Assembly (NCBI GenBank): GCA_963827655.1 | Contig: CAWHCF010000034.1 | Span: 79,225 to 143,224 of the forward strand | Direction: 5' to 3' | DNA length: 64,000 nucleotides | DNA from: an uncultured Acidobacteriota bacterium | GTDB taxonomy: Bacteria; Acidobacteriota; UBA6911 | Shown: one piece after another, positions 52,156 to 62,342 of the stretch | Position numbering within the stretch: the stretch's first letter is position 1 | Layout: each line of letters begins with the position of its first letter | The notes under the pieces: generated by a model | Told to the model about the DNA's origin: nothing | Database searches by the model: none | The model's input: the letters and a program-made list of their open reading frames with translations, nothing else | Position numbers and translations under genes: made by a program

Positions 52156-54516
52156 ATGACGGAGTTGCCCGACGATGTCATCGAGCTTCAGCGATTGGCA
52201 TTCCGTTATTTTCTGGACCATACGAATGGCAGGAACGGCCTTGTGGCCGACAACACACGCGAGGATTCGCCTTGCAGCATTGCGGCCACGGGGCTGGGAT
52301 TGAGTTGTCATCCGGTCGCGGTGGTCAACGGTTGGCTCAAGCGTGCGGACGCGGCCGAACGCGTTCTGACCGCGCTGCGATTCTTTGAGCACAGCCCGCA
52401 AGGGCCCGAGCCGGACGTGACGGGCTACAAGGGGTTCTACTATCACTTTCTGGAAATGAACGACGGCCGTCGCGCCGGCAGGTGCGAGCTTTCGACGGTC
52501 GACAGCGCGTTTCTGCTGGCGGGGATGCTTGCGGCGGGGGCGTTTTTTGACGCGGATCTGTCCGCCGAGCGTGAAATCCGCGAGACCTCCGACGCCCTCT
52601 ATCGCCGCGCCGACTGGCAGTGGGCGCTATACGGCGTTCCGTGTGACGCAAACGGCTGGCCGACCAAGACCGTCGAAGATGTCACGATCATCCACGGCGG
52701 CACGCCAGAGAACGGTTTCATTAGCTATCGATACCAGGGATACGATGAATCGCTGCTGATGCACGTGCTGGCACTGGGCTCGACAACCTTCGCGCTGCCG
52801 CCGGAGTGCTACCAGGCGTGGCAGAAGACATTCGACTGGGGAAAGCGATACAGAATCGAATACGTCCACATGGGTCCGCTGTTCATTCACCAGCTCAGTC
52901 ACTGTTGGCTCGATTTTCGTGGAATTGTGGATGGGTTCATGCAGGCCCGGCGGCTCGATTATTTCGAGAACAGTCGACGTGCCCTCCGCGTGCAGCAGAG
53001 CTACGCCCAGGAGAATCCGCAACAATTTCGCGGCTATGGACCGCTCTGCTGGGGTGTGAGCGCCAGCGACGGTCCCGGGCCCGCGACGAAGACCATCGAT
53101 AACGTCGATCGGGTTTTCTGGATGTACGAAGCCCGGGGTGTACCCGACGGACCTGATGATGGCACGCTGGCGCCCGGCGCCGTCGCGGCGTCGCTTCCGT
53201 TTGCGCCGGAGCTCGTCACTGACACGCTTCGAGAGCTTGTTCGCGCATATCCCAATTTGCGCAGCGAATACGGCCTGCGCGCCAGCCTGAATCCGACCTT
53301 CGGCGACTGGGTCAGCCCGCTGAATTACGGATTGGACCAGGGTCCGATCGTCATGATGATCGAGAACCACCGGACCAGCCTGCTGTGGAATCTCATGCGG
53401 CGATGCCCGTACATCTGGCGCGGATTGCGGCAGGCGGGCTTCGCCGGCGGATGGCTCGAATCAGAACGCGAACCGCAATGCCCGCAGGCCGTCGAGGGAC
53501 GGTGGCGCGAGCGGGGCACGCCATTCAGCAAGTTGTCCGAGAGTACGACGCAAGGCGAACGATCGGATCCGCACCCGACGGCAACCATGCTGGCCGCGCG
53601 AATCCACTCCTACGGCGATCCGACCGGTGTCAAGATCGCGCAGGCTCCCCGACCCGAGCCGGGGCGCGGACAGGTTTTGGTCCGCGTGAAAGCAGCTGGC
53701 GTGAACCCGCTGGACTGGATGGTCGCCGAAGGCAAGGCTCGCTCGTGGCTCGACCACCGCCTGCCGCTGACATTGGGCTGGGAGCTGGCTGGAACCGTCG
53801 AGAAGTTGGGCGCCGATGTTGGACGGTTCAAGCCCGGCGATGAAGTCTTCGGCATGATTGATCTGTTCCGCGACGGCGCTGATGCGGAGTTTGCCGTTGC
53901 CAATGAGAAAGCTCTGGCAATCAAGCCCAGGACACTCGATTTCCCCCGCGCGGCGGCCGTACCCGTCGGCGCGCTGACGGCGTACCAGGCGCTGTTTGAC
54001 GCCGCGGAACTGCACACGGGGCAGACGGTGCTTATCCACGCGGCGGCCGGCGGAGTCGGGTCGATGGCGGTGCAACTCGCAAAGGCGCACGGCGCACGAG
54101 TGATCGGCACCGCTTCCGGCGCCGAACACATCAATCTGATCCGAAAACTCGGCTGCGACGAAGCGATCGACTACAAGGCGACGCGCTTTGAAGATCACGT
54201 TCGCGACGTGGACGTTGTGCTCGACCCAGTGAGCGCTGATTCGCAGAGGCGATCGTTCGGAGTCCTCAAGAAAGGCGGGATTCTCGTGGCGCTGACGGAA
54301 GAGCCGCGGCAAGACCTCGCCCGGGAAAATGGCGTGCGCGCCACGATGATCGGCGTCAAGCCCGACGGCCGGTGCCTCGCCGACATCGGAAAGATCATCG
54401 ACGACGGCAAGCTCCGACCCCTCGTTCAGGCGGTTTTTCCACTTGAGCAGGCCAAAGAGGCACTGGAACTCAGCCGCAGCCGACATGTCGCGGGGAAGAT
54501 CGTCCTGACCATCTGA
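52156..54516 (+). CDS. Glucoamylase-like (GH144/DUF3131-related) domain fused to an NADPH:quinone oxidoreductase-like MDR domain
   Basis: SIAATG, GFYYHF, STVD, GPLFIHQ, GLDQGP; then GVNPLD, HAAAGGVG, GKIVL. Confidence 0.8.
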   Translation: MTELPDDVIELQRLAFRYFLDHTNGRNGLVADNTREDSPCSIAATGLGLSCHPVAVVNGWLKRADAAERVLTALRFFEHSPQGPEPDVTGYKGFYYHFLEMNDGRRAGRCELSTVDSAFLLAGMLAAGAFFDADLSAEREIRETSDALYRRADWQWALYGVPCDANGWPTKTVEDVTIIHGGTPENGFISYRYQGYDESLLMHVLALGSTTFALPPECYQAWQKTFDWGKRYRIEYVHMGPLFIHQLSHCWLDFRGIVDGFMQARRLDYFENSRRALRVQQSYAQENPQQFRGYGPLCWGVSASDGPGPATKTIDNVDRVFWMYEARGVPDGPDDGTLAPGAVAASLPFAPELVTDTLRELVRAYPNLRSEYGLRASLNPTFGDWVSPLNYGLDQGPIVMMIENHRTSLLWNLMRRCPYIWRGLRQAGFAGGWLESEREPQCPQAVEGRWRERGTPFSKLSESTTQGERSDPHPTATMLAARIHSYGDPTGVKIAQAPRPEPGRGQVLVRVKAAGVNPLDWMVAEGKARSWLDHRLPLTLGWELAGTVEKLGADVGRFKPGDEVFGMIDLFRDGADAEFAVANEKALAIKPRTLDFPRAAAVPVGALTAYQALFDAAELHTGQTVLIHAAAGGVGSMAVQLAKAHGARVIGTASGAEHINLIRKLGCDEAIDYKATRFEDHVRDVDVVLDPVSADSQRRSFGVLKKGGILVALTEEPRQDLARENGVRATMIGVKPDGRCLADIGKIIDDGKLRPLVQAVFPLEQAKEALELSRSRHVAGKIVLTI

Positions 54517-54528
54517 ACGATCACGTCT

Positions 54529-54846
54529 TCATCCATCGACCGTCAGTTGGGACAATCTCGTCGATAAGGTCATGGACAGCTCTTCGAATTCACGGATGAG
54601 CACTTTGTACGAAGCCGCGGGACGAGGGGCAACATCCGCGCGACGTTTCGCTGCTAGGTCATCGCGGATCTCGGAGCCTTTTACGATTGTCGAGATGATC
54701 TGGCCGGCGGTCGAAGAACGCTCGTGCGGCTTACATGAGAGATCCGCTTGGGCGAGTGCAAGTAATACTTCGATCGTCAACAGCGTTTCCTCCGTATGGC
54801 GTGTCTTGTAAAAGTCCAGCCTTCCTGTCTTGGAATTGTTGGCCAT
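54529..54846 (-). CDS. Hypothetical protein (possibly a fragment)
   Basis: ORF between genes; no motif recognised. Confidence 0.3.
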   Translation of the reverse strand: MANNSKTGRLDFYKTRHTEETLLTIEVLLALAQADLSCKPHERSSTAGQIISTIVKGSEIRDDLAAKRRADVAPRPAASYKVLIREFEELSMTLSTRLSQLTVDG

Positions 54847-54885
54847 CGATCAATCTCGTCTCCTGGCATTCGTTTGCCGTACGGT

Positions 54886-55287
54886 TCACTTTGTGAACAC
54901 ATCGCCGAACATCGGGAGGCCGCTCTTTGATTGTTCGCGGGAGGCTTCGTCTTGAATCACATCCCAATGCTCTACAAGGATTCCATCCTTGATTCGAAGA
55001 ATGTCCGCTGCGATCCAGTTCACGGGCTGTCCGAAGCCCGAAAATCGTCCGTGCACGATCACGAAATCTCCCTCAGCCACGATCGTTCCCGGTTCGTACT
55101 TCAACGTTGGTGGCATGCTCTTGATAAGGTTGAAGAGACCCTCCCGGCCAGGTGCGATATGAGCGCTGTGCTGGATATAGTTGGGCGACCAATAACGCTC
55201 AGCCGCTGCGTAGTCCCGCTTGTTGAACAGTGTGTCGAAGGCCTTAAGGACAAGCTCTTTGTTCTTCTCTTCAATCGTCTGATTCAT
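54886..55287 (-). CDS. SnoaL-like (NTF2-fold) protein
   Basis: YIQHS, AEGDFV, DILR..EHWDV; RBS GGAGG. Confidence 0.88.
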   Translation of the reverse strand: MNQTIEEKNKELVLKAFDTLFNKRDYAAAERYWSPNYIQHSAHIAPGREGLFNLIKSMPPTLKYEPGTIVAEGDFVIVHGRFSGFGQPVNWIAADILRIKDGILVEHWDVIQDEASREQSKSGLPMFGDVFTK

Positions 55288-55463
55288 TTTTATCCTCCGT
55301 TCCGAACGCGTGTGCCACGCGCGTTTAAGAGTGAGAGCTATTGGGCGGTTTTGCCGCCGTCAACGCGGTAGGACGCGCCCGTGATGAATGACGCCTTATC
55401 GGAAGAGAGAAAGGCGATGGTCTGCGCGATCTCTTCTGGTTTCCCTACGCGAAGGAAAGTCGA

Positions 55464-55590
55464 TGAGGTACCGGTTCATCGCGGTGGAGAAGGCCCTCTA
55501 CCCAGTGACAGTTCTGTGCCGCGTCCTGCGCCTCTCCACAAGCGGTTTCTACGCGTGGATGAAGCGACCGGCTTCGAGGCGGGCAAGAGG
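55464..55590 (+). pseudogene. IS3-family OrfB N-terminal fragment, next to an SDR C-terminal scrap
   Basis: RYRFI..YPVTVLCRVLRLSTSGFYAW..RPAS. Confidence 0.7.
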
Positions 55591-55591
55591 C

Positions 55592-56020
55592 TTAAAGCAG
55601 CTTCGCGTTCAGATGAATCTCGGTGCCGGCCAGGGCTCTCGACACGGGACAGTTCTGTTTGGCGTCCAGCGCATGTTTTTGGAAGGTCACATCATCGATG
55701 CCCGGAATGTCGGCCTCAGTCTGCAGGTCAATCCTGGTGATAACAAACGCTTCGCCGACCTTTTCGAGTTTCACCTTTGCGACGGTGTGGATCCGCGCCG
55801 GCGTAAGGCCCGCCCGGGAAAGCTGCGCAGTCAGGGCCATGGTGAAGCAGCCGGCCTCGGCCGCGCCGATCAGTTCTTCGGGATTCGTGGCCGATTGGCC
55901 TTCTTCAAATCGGGACTTGAACGAATACGGGCCATCGAAAGCGCCGCTGCCTACTTTCAGCCGGCCGCTGCCTTGGGCCAGATTACCCTTCCATTCTGCT
56001 TCTGCTTTGTGGGTTGGCAT
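55592..56020 (-). CDS. osmC: OsmC-family peroxiredoxin
   Basis: YSFKSRFE, TNPEELIGAA..GCF, NCPVSRAL. Confidence 0.9.
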   Translation of the reverse strand: MPTHKAEAEWKGNLAQGSGRLKVGSGAFDGPYSFKSRFEEGQSATNPEELIGAAEAGCFTMALTAQLSRAGLTPARIHTVAKVKLEKVGEAFVITRIDLQTEADIPGIDDVTFQKHALDAKQNCPVSRALAGTEIHLNAKLL

Positions 56021-56039
56021 AAAGTCTCCTTTCGATTTG

Positions 56040-56576
56040 CTACTGATGTTGTACTGGATTCTGCGCCGCGTTCGCATTCTCCGTCGCGTTTCCGTGTTGA
56101 CTCAAATCGAGACGGCGAGGCACAACCAGCTTGGCGGCAAACACCTGGACGATCTCGCCGAATTGGTTTCGAGTCTCGCTGCGGATGGTGGCCAGGCCGC
56201 GGTCTGGACGAGAGCGCGACGGTCTCAGTTCGAGGATTTCGCTCTCGACACGGAGGACAGCGCCCGGCCGCGTCGGCTTTGGCCAGGCGATTTCTCCGCC
56301 GGCCCCAATGACGCCGCCAGCGATGGGCATACCGCTTTCCACCAATAGCCGCATCGTGATAGCTGCGGTGTGCCATCCGCTTGCCACGAGCCCTTCGAAC
56401 AGTGTCCCCTTTGCAGCCTCGGCATCGAGATGAAACGGTTGAGGGTCGAACAGCTTCGCAAACGCCTTGATCTGTTCTTCATCGATCAGGTGCGTGTCGC
56501 TGGTGAATCGTTGTCCGACGTGCAGGTCGTCGAGGTAGAGAGCCTTTGTCGGACCAGCTTGATTCGAGTTTGCCAT
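56040..56576 (-). CDS. MaoC-family dehydratase
   Basis: FDPQPFHLD, ASGWHT. Confidence 0.88.
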   Translation of the reverse strand: MANSNQAGPTKALYLDDLHVGQRFTSDTHLIDEEQIKAFAKLFDPQPFHLDAEAAKGTLFEGLVASGWHTAAITMRLLVESGMPIAGGVIGAGGEIAWPKPTRPGAVLRVESEILELRPSRSRPDRGLATIRSETRNQFGEIVQVFAAKLVVPRRLDLSQHGNATENANAAQNPVQHQ

Positions 56577-56665
56577 GCTGAGCCTCTCCTATTTGTGCAA
56601 CCCAATCGTTCGGAACATTTTTCCGGTACGTTCCAGGCTGATGGTGACCCTCCGTTATTGACGGC

Positions 56666-57415
56666 CTATACCTGTGCGAAACCTCCATCCACAAACAGTT
56701 CCGTTCCCGTGACGTAGCTGCTGTCGTCGGATGCGAGAAAGACCACAGCCCTGGCGATCTCATCGGGTGTACCGAGCCTGCCGAGCGGAACACTGTTGGA
56801 AATCATCTTCCGGCGTTGCTGACCCGTTGGGGCGGAAGCCAGCAGATCACTCAGTCCGGGCGTGTCGATGGAGCCTGGGCTCACTGCGTTCACGCGAATA
56901 CGGCGATCCTTTAAGTCCGTTGTCCATGTCCGCGCAAACGAACGCACGGCGGCCTTTGTGGCGCTATAAACACTATTCGTCGGCAACCCTTTACTGGCGA
57001 CGATAGACGCATTCAGGATGATAGAGGCGCCATCCGGCAGCACCGAAAGCGCCTTCTGCACCGTGAAAAGCAGGCCTTTCACATTGACGTTGAAGATCGA
57101 GTCATAGAGCTCCTCAGTTATCTTGCCGAAGGGGGCATACTTCGCAACACCGGCATTCGCGAACACAATATCGAGCTTGCCCTTCTCCCGCTTGATTTGT
57201 GCGAAGAGGCGATCAAGATCGCTCAGGCTCGACACGTCTCCTTGTACGCCGGTTACATTTCTTCCGATCTCCTTTACCGCCGCAGCCAACTCCGGCTCAC
57301 GGCGTCCCGTAATGAAGACATACGCGCCTTCGTTCACGAACTGCTTCGCCGTCGCAAGGCCAATGCCGCTATTGCCACCAGTAACGAGTGCAATTTTCCC
57401 TTCAAGTTTACCCAT
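56666..57415 (-). CDS. Short-chain dehydrogenase/reductase
   Basis: [17 protein letters not shown]; RBS AAGGAG. Confidence 0.93.
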   Translation of the reverse strand: MGKLEGKIALVTGGNSGIGLATAKQFVNEGAYVFITGRREPELAAAVKEIGRNVTGVQGDVSSLSDLDRLFAQIKREKGKLDIVFANAGVAKYAPFGKITEELYDSIFNVNVKGLLFTVQKALSVLPDGASIILNASIVASKGLPTNSVYSATKAAVRSFARTWTTDLKDRRIRVNAVSPGSIDTPGLSDLLASAPTGQQRRKMISNSVPLGRLGTPDEIARAVVFLASDDSSYVTGTELFVDGGFAQV

Positions 57416-57499
57416 GTATTTCTCCTTAGTTGTCATTTGATCACTAGCTCCTGCAATGGGCTACATAGTCTGTGCCGCCGCCGGGCCTCGCCGTATCGG

Positions 57500-57825
57500 C
57501 GCTAGGCATCCACTCGGACGATCAGCTTGCCGAAGTTGCGTCCTTCCAGCATGCCGATAAAGGCTTCCGGCGTCCTCTCCAGACCATCGACGAAGTCCTC
57601 GCGATAACGGATGCGGCCATCGGCGATGCCGGCACCGACCTCGCGCAGGAATGCGGATAGTGCTCGGCGGCAAAATCGTTGTTGATGAAGCCGCGCACCG
57701 TCAGGCTCTTCGACAGAATCTCGCGCATAGTGGCGGGCAGCCGGTCGGTGCCGAAGTTGCCAGTCCCAGCGCGAGTTCCGATACGCGCAGGCCGGTCCGC
57801 CGCCCGAAAAGCTTGTTTCGCATAA
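57500..57825 (-). pseudogene. Deletion scar joining an aldo/keto reductase start to an NADP-dependent oxidoreductase C-terminus
   Basis: GRRTGLRVSELALG, then ILSKSLTVRGFI..NFGKL. Confidence 0.65.
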
Positions 57826-57834
57826 GAAGTCTCC

Positions 57835-59301
57835 TCATTTCGTCTGGTCGCCGCACGTTTGTTGCAGCAATGTGCTCTGCCACCGAGTAATACGGATGCG
57901 CGGCCAGCTTAGGGGGCCAAACCAGGCGCCGCCCGCGACCGCCACCGCGTTCATCAGGCCAAACACGGCAAGGGCAGCGCTCAGCGCCATGAAGACGTGC
58001 GATGCATCACCGCCCCAGCGGAATGCCAGCCATCCGCCGCCCACCGCAATCGCGAGTCGTGTCAGGTTCGCTAGCAGAGGCCACCGCAGCCGTCCCGCAC
58101 CCACCGATGCGAAGTAGAGGGCCAGGCCAAGTCCGAACAGGCCATAGAACGGACCGACCACGCGCAGATAGCGCGATCCGGAGTCCAGCATGGCGGGATC
58201 GGTGCCGAATAGCGACAGCCAGGCGTGCGGGAACGCCGCAGCCCACAGGCCGATGATCTCCGTGAGGCCCGTGGCCAGTCCGGCGCCGATCCACGCGGCG
58301 CGCAACGCGCGGTCACGCCGGCCCGCGCCGATGTTGGTCCCGACCAGGGCGACGAGTGGGGCGCCCAGCCCGAAGACCAGCGGAACCAGGAGGTACTCCA
58401 GCCGCGAACCGGTGCCGTAACCCGCGATCGCTGCGGGGCCAAACCGTCCGACGAGGCCCGTCGCAATCGCGATCGTCAGATTGGTCTGGACGGTGATCAC
58501 AGCGGCGACGGCGCCGACTCGCAGAATCTCGCGGAAGAGGAGCCAGCGGAGGCGCGCGTGATGGAACGAGAGACGGACGACGCTCCGCCCCGCCCAGAGG
58601 TAGGCGGCGAAGACAATCGTTCCTGCAGCGTAGTATGCGATCACAGCCACCGCGCCACCGGCAATACCCAGCTCCGGGAACGGGCCCCAGCCGAAGATGA
58701 GACACGGCGATAAGGGGATAAGCGCCACGGCACCCGCACAGGTCACGATGGCCGGGACTGCCATGTTGCCGGTGCCACGGATAGCACTCGCGAGCGAGTT
58801 GAACGTCCACACGAGGATCGCGCCCGCGAACACTACTTCGGAGTAGGTGAGCGCCGCCGTGAGCGACGCCCCGGTCCCGCCCATAGCGCTATAGAGCCAG
58901 CGTCCGCTACCGAGCACTAAGAGCATGAACAGGAGACCGAAGCCCGCGGCGATGGCCAGCGCATGGAAGACGAGCGCATCGGCCTCGGCTCGGCGCCCGG
59001 CCCCGAGGGCGCGCGCGATGGCGGAGGAGATCCCGCCACCCATCGAACCGGCCGACATCATCTGCATCAGCATCAAGACGGGAAAGACGAGGGCAACGCC
59101 GGCCAGCGCATCGGTGCCGAGCTTGGCGACAAAATACGTCTCGATCAGCCCGACCGAGGCCTGCACGAACATCACCAGCACGTTCGGCGTCGCGAGGCGG
59201 AGGAGCGTTCCAAGGATCGGTCCGTCGAGCAGCAGGCGAGTTCGCGCGTCGAAGCGGGGCGGCTCCTTTAACCGTTCGATCTCGACCTTTCTGACCGTCA
59301 T
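57835..59301 (-). CDS. MATE family efflux transporter
   Basis: LLRLATP, LGTDALAG, RGTGNM, VGTNIGAG. Confidence 0.92.
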   Translation of the reverse strand: MTVRKVEIERLKEPPRFDARTRLLLDGPILGTLLRLATPNVLVMFVQASVGLIETYFVAKLGTDALAGVALVFPVLMLMQMMSAGSMGGGISSAIARALGAGRRAEADALVFHALAIAAGFGLLFMLLVLGSGRWLYSAMGGTGASLTAALTYSEVVFAGAILVWTFNSLASAIRGTGNMAVPAIVTCAGAVALIPLSPCLIFGWGPFPELGIAGGAVAVIAYYAAGTIVFAAYLWAGRSVVRLSFHHARLRWLLFREILRVGAVAAVITVQTNLTIAIATGLVGRFGPAAIAGYGTGSRLEYLLVPLVFGLGAPLVALVGTNIGAGRRDRALRAAWIGAGLATGLTEIIGLWAAAFPHAWLSLFGTDPAMLDSGSRYLRVVGPFYGLFGLGLALYFASVGAGRLRWPLLANLTRLAIAVGGGWLAFRWGGDASHVFMALSAALAVFGLMNAVAVAGGAWFGPLSWPRIRITRWQSTLLQQTCGDQTK

Positions 59302-59376
59302 GTTTTCCTTCCTCTCATCGACGTGAATCACGCAACCACGACATCGGTGATCTGAATCATACCGCAGTCGGGCCGT

Positions 59377-60048
59377 TCACGACGGTCCGGACGGGGGTCG
59401 TGGGACGACTCGCCGAAGGGTTGGGAAGACGATTCCCTTGAAATTCGCGTGGTCGAAGCAATAGTGCGAGGCCGGGCCGACGGCCAGATAGTCGAGCCCA
59501 TGCAAGAGTCCCTTATCGTTGAAAAAGAATGTCTGCTCGCCGCCGGTCTGGAAGTTGTTATGCGTTGGAATATCGGGCGGAAATCTCACGTGGAGACATC
59601 GCCAGGTTTCGTCATTCTCCTGGTGCGGCTCATTTTCCTTTTGCTTGAAACCGGGCTGCGTGAAAAGAAATGGAGTCGTGAGATAGTTCCACATCGCGTA
59701 GCTCGTGAAGTAGAGCCGGTGCAGTTGATCCCACGGCGTCTCCAGCACATGGCCCGCGAACGAATCGCGAGGATGTTCGCGCTCATCGATGACGCGGCCT
59801 GCGCGGTCTTCGATCCAGACTCGATCCGGTGTGAAGTAACCGCGATGATCCGGTCGGGCGTACGGGCTGATGATGACTGCCCGCCGGCGGGCGTCGATCC
59901 TCATCGTGACGTTGGGCACACCTTCCGGGTAACCCTTGATTAGATACAAGCCGCCTGTCAGCGAGACGTGCACGTCGAGGCTTTGGACTCCACTCCAGCG
60001 TTCGAGACCGCCGTGCGCTTGCAATGCCAAATCGAGAAGTTCACTCAT
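59377..60048 (-). CDS. Hypothetical protein (C-terminus possibly frameshifted)
   Basis: AHGGLERW, WDQLHRLYF.SYAMWNYLTTPF; RBS GGAGAG. Confidence 0.7.
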   Translation of the reverse strand: MSELLDLALQAHGGLERWSGVQSLDVHVSLTGGLYLIKGYPEGVPNVTMRIDARRRAVIISPYARPDHRGYFTPDRVWIEDRAGRVIDEREHPRDSFAGHVLETPWDQLHRLYFTSYAMWNYLTTPFLFTQPGFKQKENEPHQENDETWRCLHVRFPPDIPTHNNFQTGGEQTFFFNDKGLLHGLDYLAVGPASHYCFDHANFKGIVFPTLRRVVPRPPSGPS

Positions 60049-60131
60049 GTGTGCTCTCCTTTTCCGTCCTCTGAATTTGTCTTTTGGATGAGCGCTTTTA
60101 CTCCTTCATTCGCGTGGCTCCCAGCATCTCG

Positions 60132-61253
60132 TCACTCCCGAGTGAGAAGAAAAGCCCCTGCCATGGCCCCTGCCGCACACATGCTGATCAGACCATACCG
60201 TGCGTTGCGACGCGCCATCTCATAGGCCAGGGTGGTGAGAATCCGTCCGCCAGTTGCGGACCACGGATGCCCGACGGAGATCGAACTTCCATTCACGTTA
60301 ACCCGATCCCAATTCACCGGATCTGTGGCGGGACCCTTCCAGCCTTTCTCCCATGCCGCGGCGTTTGCCAGCACCTGGGCGGCGAACGCTTCGTGGATCT
60401 CGATCAGATCAATGTCCTTCAGTCGCAGACCTACGCGGTCGAGCAATCGCGGGACCGCAATGGCCGGGGCCATGAGCAGCCCCTCGCTCGGATGGAGCGC
60501 GGCGTATTCCATGGCCTCAATGAAGGCCAAGGGCGCCCGGCCTTCCTGTCGCGCGCGTTTCTCGCTCATGAGCAATACGGCGGATGCCCCGTCGGTGACG
60601 GGTGACGAATTGCCGGCAGTGATCGTTCCGTCGGCATCGAATGCGGGCTTTAGCGTGGCGAGGCGTTCCAGCGATGTATCGGGCCGCGGACCCGTGTCGC
60701 CGGCTATGCCATCGACCGCCAAAATCTCTTGAGCGAGGCGCTCTCGCGCCGCCACCGCGTTACGGTGACTGGCGAGAGCAATCTCATCCTGGCGCGCTCT
60801 CGAAATGCCCCACTTCTTGCGCGTGATCTCCGTGTGCTGACCCATGGAGAGGCCTGTGCTCGGCTCGTTGAATGTGCTCGGGTCGGATCCGCTCAGCCAT
60901 TCGACGCCGCCTGCGATGCCGGCTGTTATCCTTCCCTCTGTTATAGCGTCGGCGAGGATGGTCGCCGTCCGTAAGCCGGTGATGCAGTAGGAGGAAACCG
61001 TCTGCGCCTCTATGCGGGCCGGCAAGCCTGCTTCCAAGACGATTTCCCGTGCAAGGTTCGGTTTGCCGCGCTCAGGAACGACCGCACCGAAGGCAATGGC
61101 TTCGATCTGATCCGGATTAACGTTGTGGCGATCGAGGAGCCCGCGCACAGCATGTTTTGCGAGTGCGGAGGGGCCGAGGGACGCGAACGCCTTCCCGGAC
61201 TTCACAAAGGGCGTGCGAGCCCCAGCGACAATGGCAACCCTGTGATTACTCAT
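60132..61253 (-). CDS. Thiolase (acetyl-CoA C-acyltransferase, HEAF type)
   Basis: RTPF, YCITG, TAGNSS..TDGA, HEAF, GHP, CAAG. Confidence 0.92.
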   Translation of the reverse strand: MSNHRVAIVAGARTPFVKSGKAFASLGPSALAKHAVRGLLDRHNVNPDQIEAIAFGAVVPERGKPNLAREIVLEAGLPARIEAQTVSSYCITGLRTATILADAITEGRITAGIAGGVEWLSGSDPSTFNEPSTGLSMGQHTEITRKKWGISRARQDEIALASHRNAVAARERLAQEILAVDGIAGDTGPRPDTSLERLATLKPAFDADGTITAGNSSPVTDGASAVLLMSEKRARQEGRAPLAFIEAMEYAALHPSEGLLMAPAIAVPRLLDRVGLRLKDIDLIEIHEAFAAQVLANAAAWEKGWKGPATDPVNWDRVNVNGSSISVGHPWSATGGRILTTLAYEMARRNARYGLISMCAAGAMAGAFLLTRE

Positions 61254-61390
61254 AAACTCTCACCCATTCTCAGATTATGGCTTGACCGCTCGCGCCGAAC
61301 TCCAGAGCACGCCCGATCAGGCGGATCGTGGTTCGTTCTCTACCCGAGCTCCGTTCGAGCTTTAACATCCGAGACCTCGTCCTGCTTTGA

Positions 61391-61406
61391 TGCAAGAATA
61401 GGGCCG
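61391..61406 (-). promoter_or_regulatory. Sigma54 -24/-12 promoter
   Basis: CGGCCCTATTCTTGCA (GG-N10-GC) upstream of the thiolase gene. Confidence 0.6.
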
Positions 61407-61501
61407 TCGACCAACTCACAGAATCCACATCATTTGTGATTTAGCGTAATGACGGCGCTGTCAGAAAATGCTGATTTATCAGAAAAGAATGCTGAGGGTG
61501 A

Positions 61502-61645
61502 TTAAGTCTTGAAGCGGTATTTATCGATTCCGAGGGCGGCAATCTTCGAATCCAAAGTCTGCCTGGGAATCCCAAGCTTGGCTGCGGCTCCGAATGGGCC
61601 GGCGATGCGGCCTCGCGACTCCCTTAGCGCGGCTTCAATCAGTCT
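61502..61645 (-). pseudogene. Sigma54 activator, C-terminal HTH fragment
   Basis: LIEAALRESRGRIAGPFGAAAKLGIPRQTLDSKIAALGI. Confidence 0.75.
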
Positions 61646-61734
61646 CGTTCCCGGTCGAGGAGACTTCCGGTCAAGGGCTGGGTTCTATCGTTACACGGCC
61701 GATCACGCGATTCCGTATCTCCTGAGCAGGTCGG

Positions 61735-62118
61735 CTATTGTCTGGTGGCTTCGCGACACGCTTCCCACACCGAGCCACAGCAGGCATCGATTGTTTGGTC
61801 TCGCTCCGGTCCTGCGGGCGCAGCCACCACATCGGCAACGGTCATCGCGCGCCGGTCCCTCGGTAGTACGAACACCGGCCAAGGTCGTTTCTGCCGCGCG
61901 AGGCTCATGTGCGCCCACTGAACCTGTTTTCCAGGCAACTGGTTCTCGACGTGCAGGTAGAGGCCGACCAGCGCGAACGTTAAGGCAATCGGCTTGGTGT
62001 GTTCATCCGCTGTCTGGGCCGCGAACGCATCCACTACATGCTGGTGAATGAACGACGCTTCACCATACCCAATCGCGTAACAGCACAGCTCGTCGTACGC
62101 GGCCCCTTCTGAATTCAT
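61735..62118 (-). CDS. DUF5946-like protein
   Basis: HQHVVDAFAAQ, ALVGLYL. Confidence 0.6.
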   Translation of the reverse strand: MNSEGAAYDELCCYAIGYGEASFIHQHVVDAFAAQTADEHTKPIALTFALVGLYLHVENQLPGKQVQWAHMSLARQKRPWPVFVLPRDRRAMTVADVVAAPAGPERDQTIDACCGSVWEACREATRQ

Positions 62119-62342
62119 AGCTATGCGACCGCCGCGCCCATGGCCGCAAACCGCGCGGCACAGCATCCTTACGCTTGCCCACAGGCAACCCGACGCTCCA
62201 CTGCGGAGCCGCTCGCGGAGAGATCGGTTTCACCTTCCAGCGCATGTACGCCACGAATGTGAGGACTACCAGCAGGACCGCCGTGGTCGTAGCGGAACTG
62301 TATTCACCGCGCGCTACGTGAAGGACGCGGGCGCAAGTGCAG

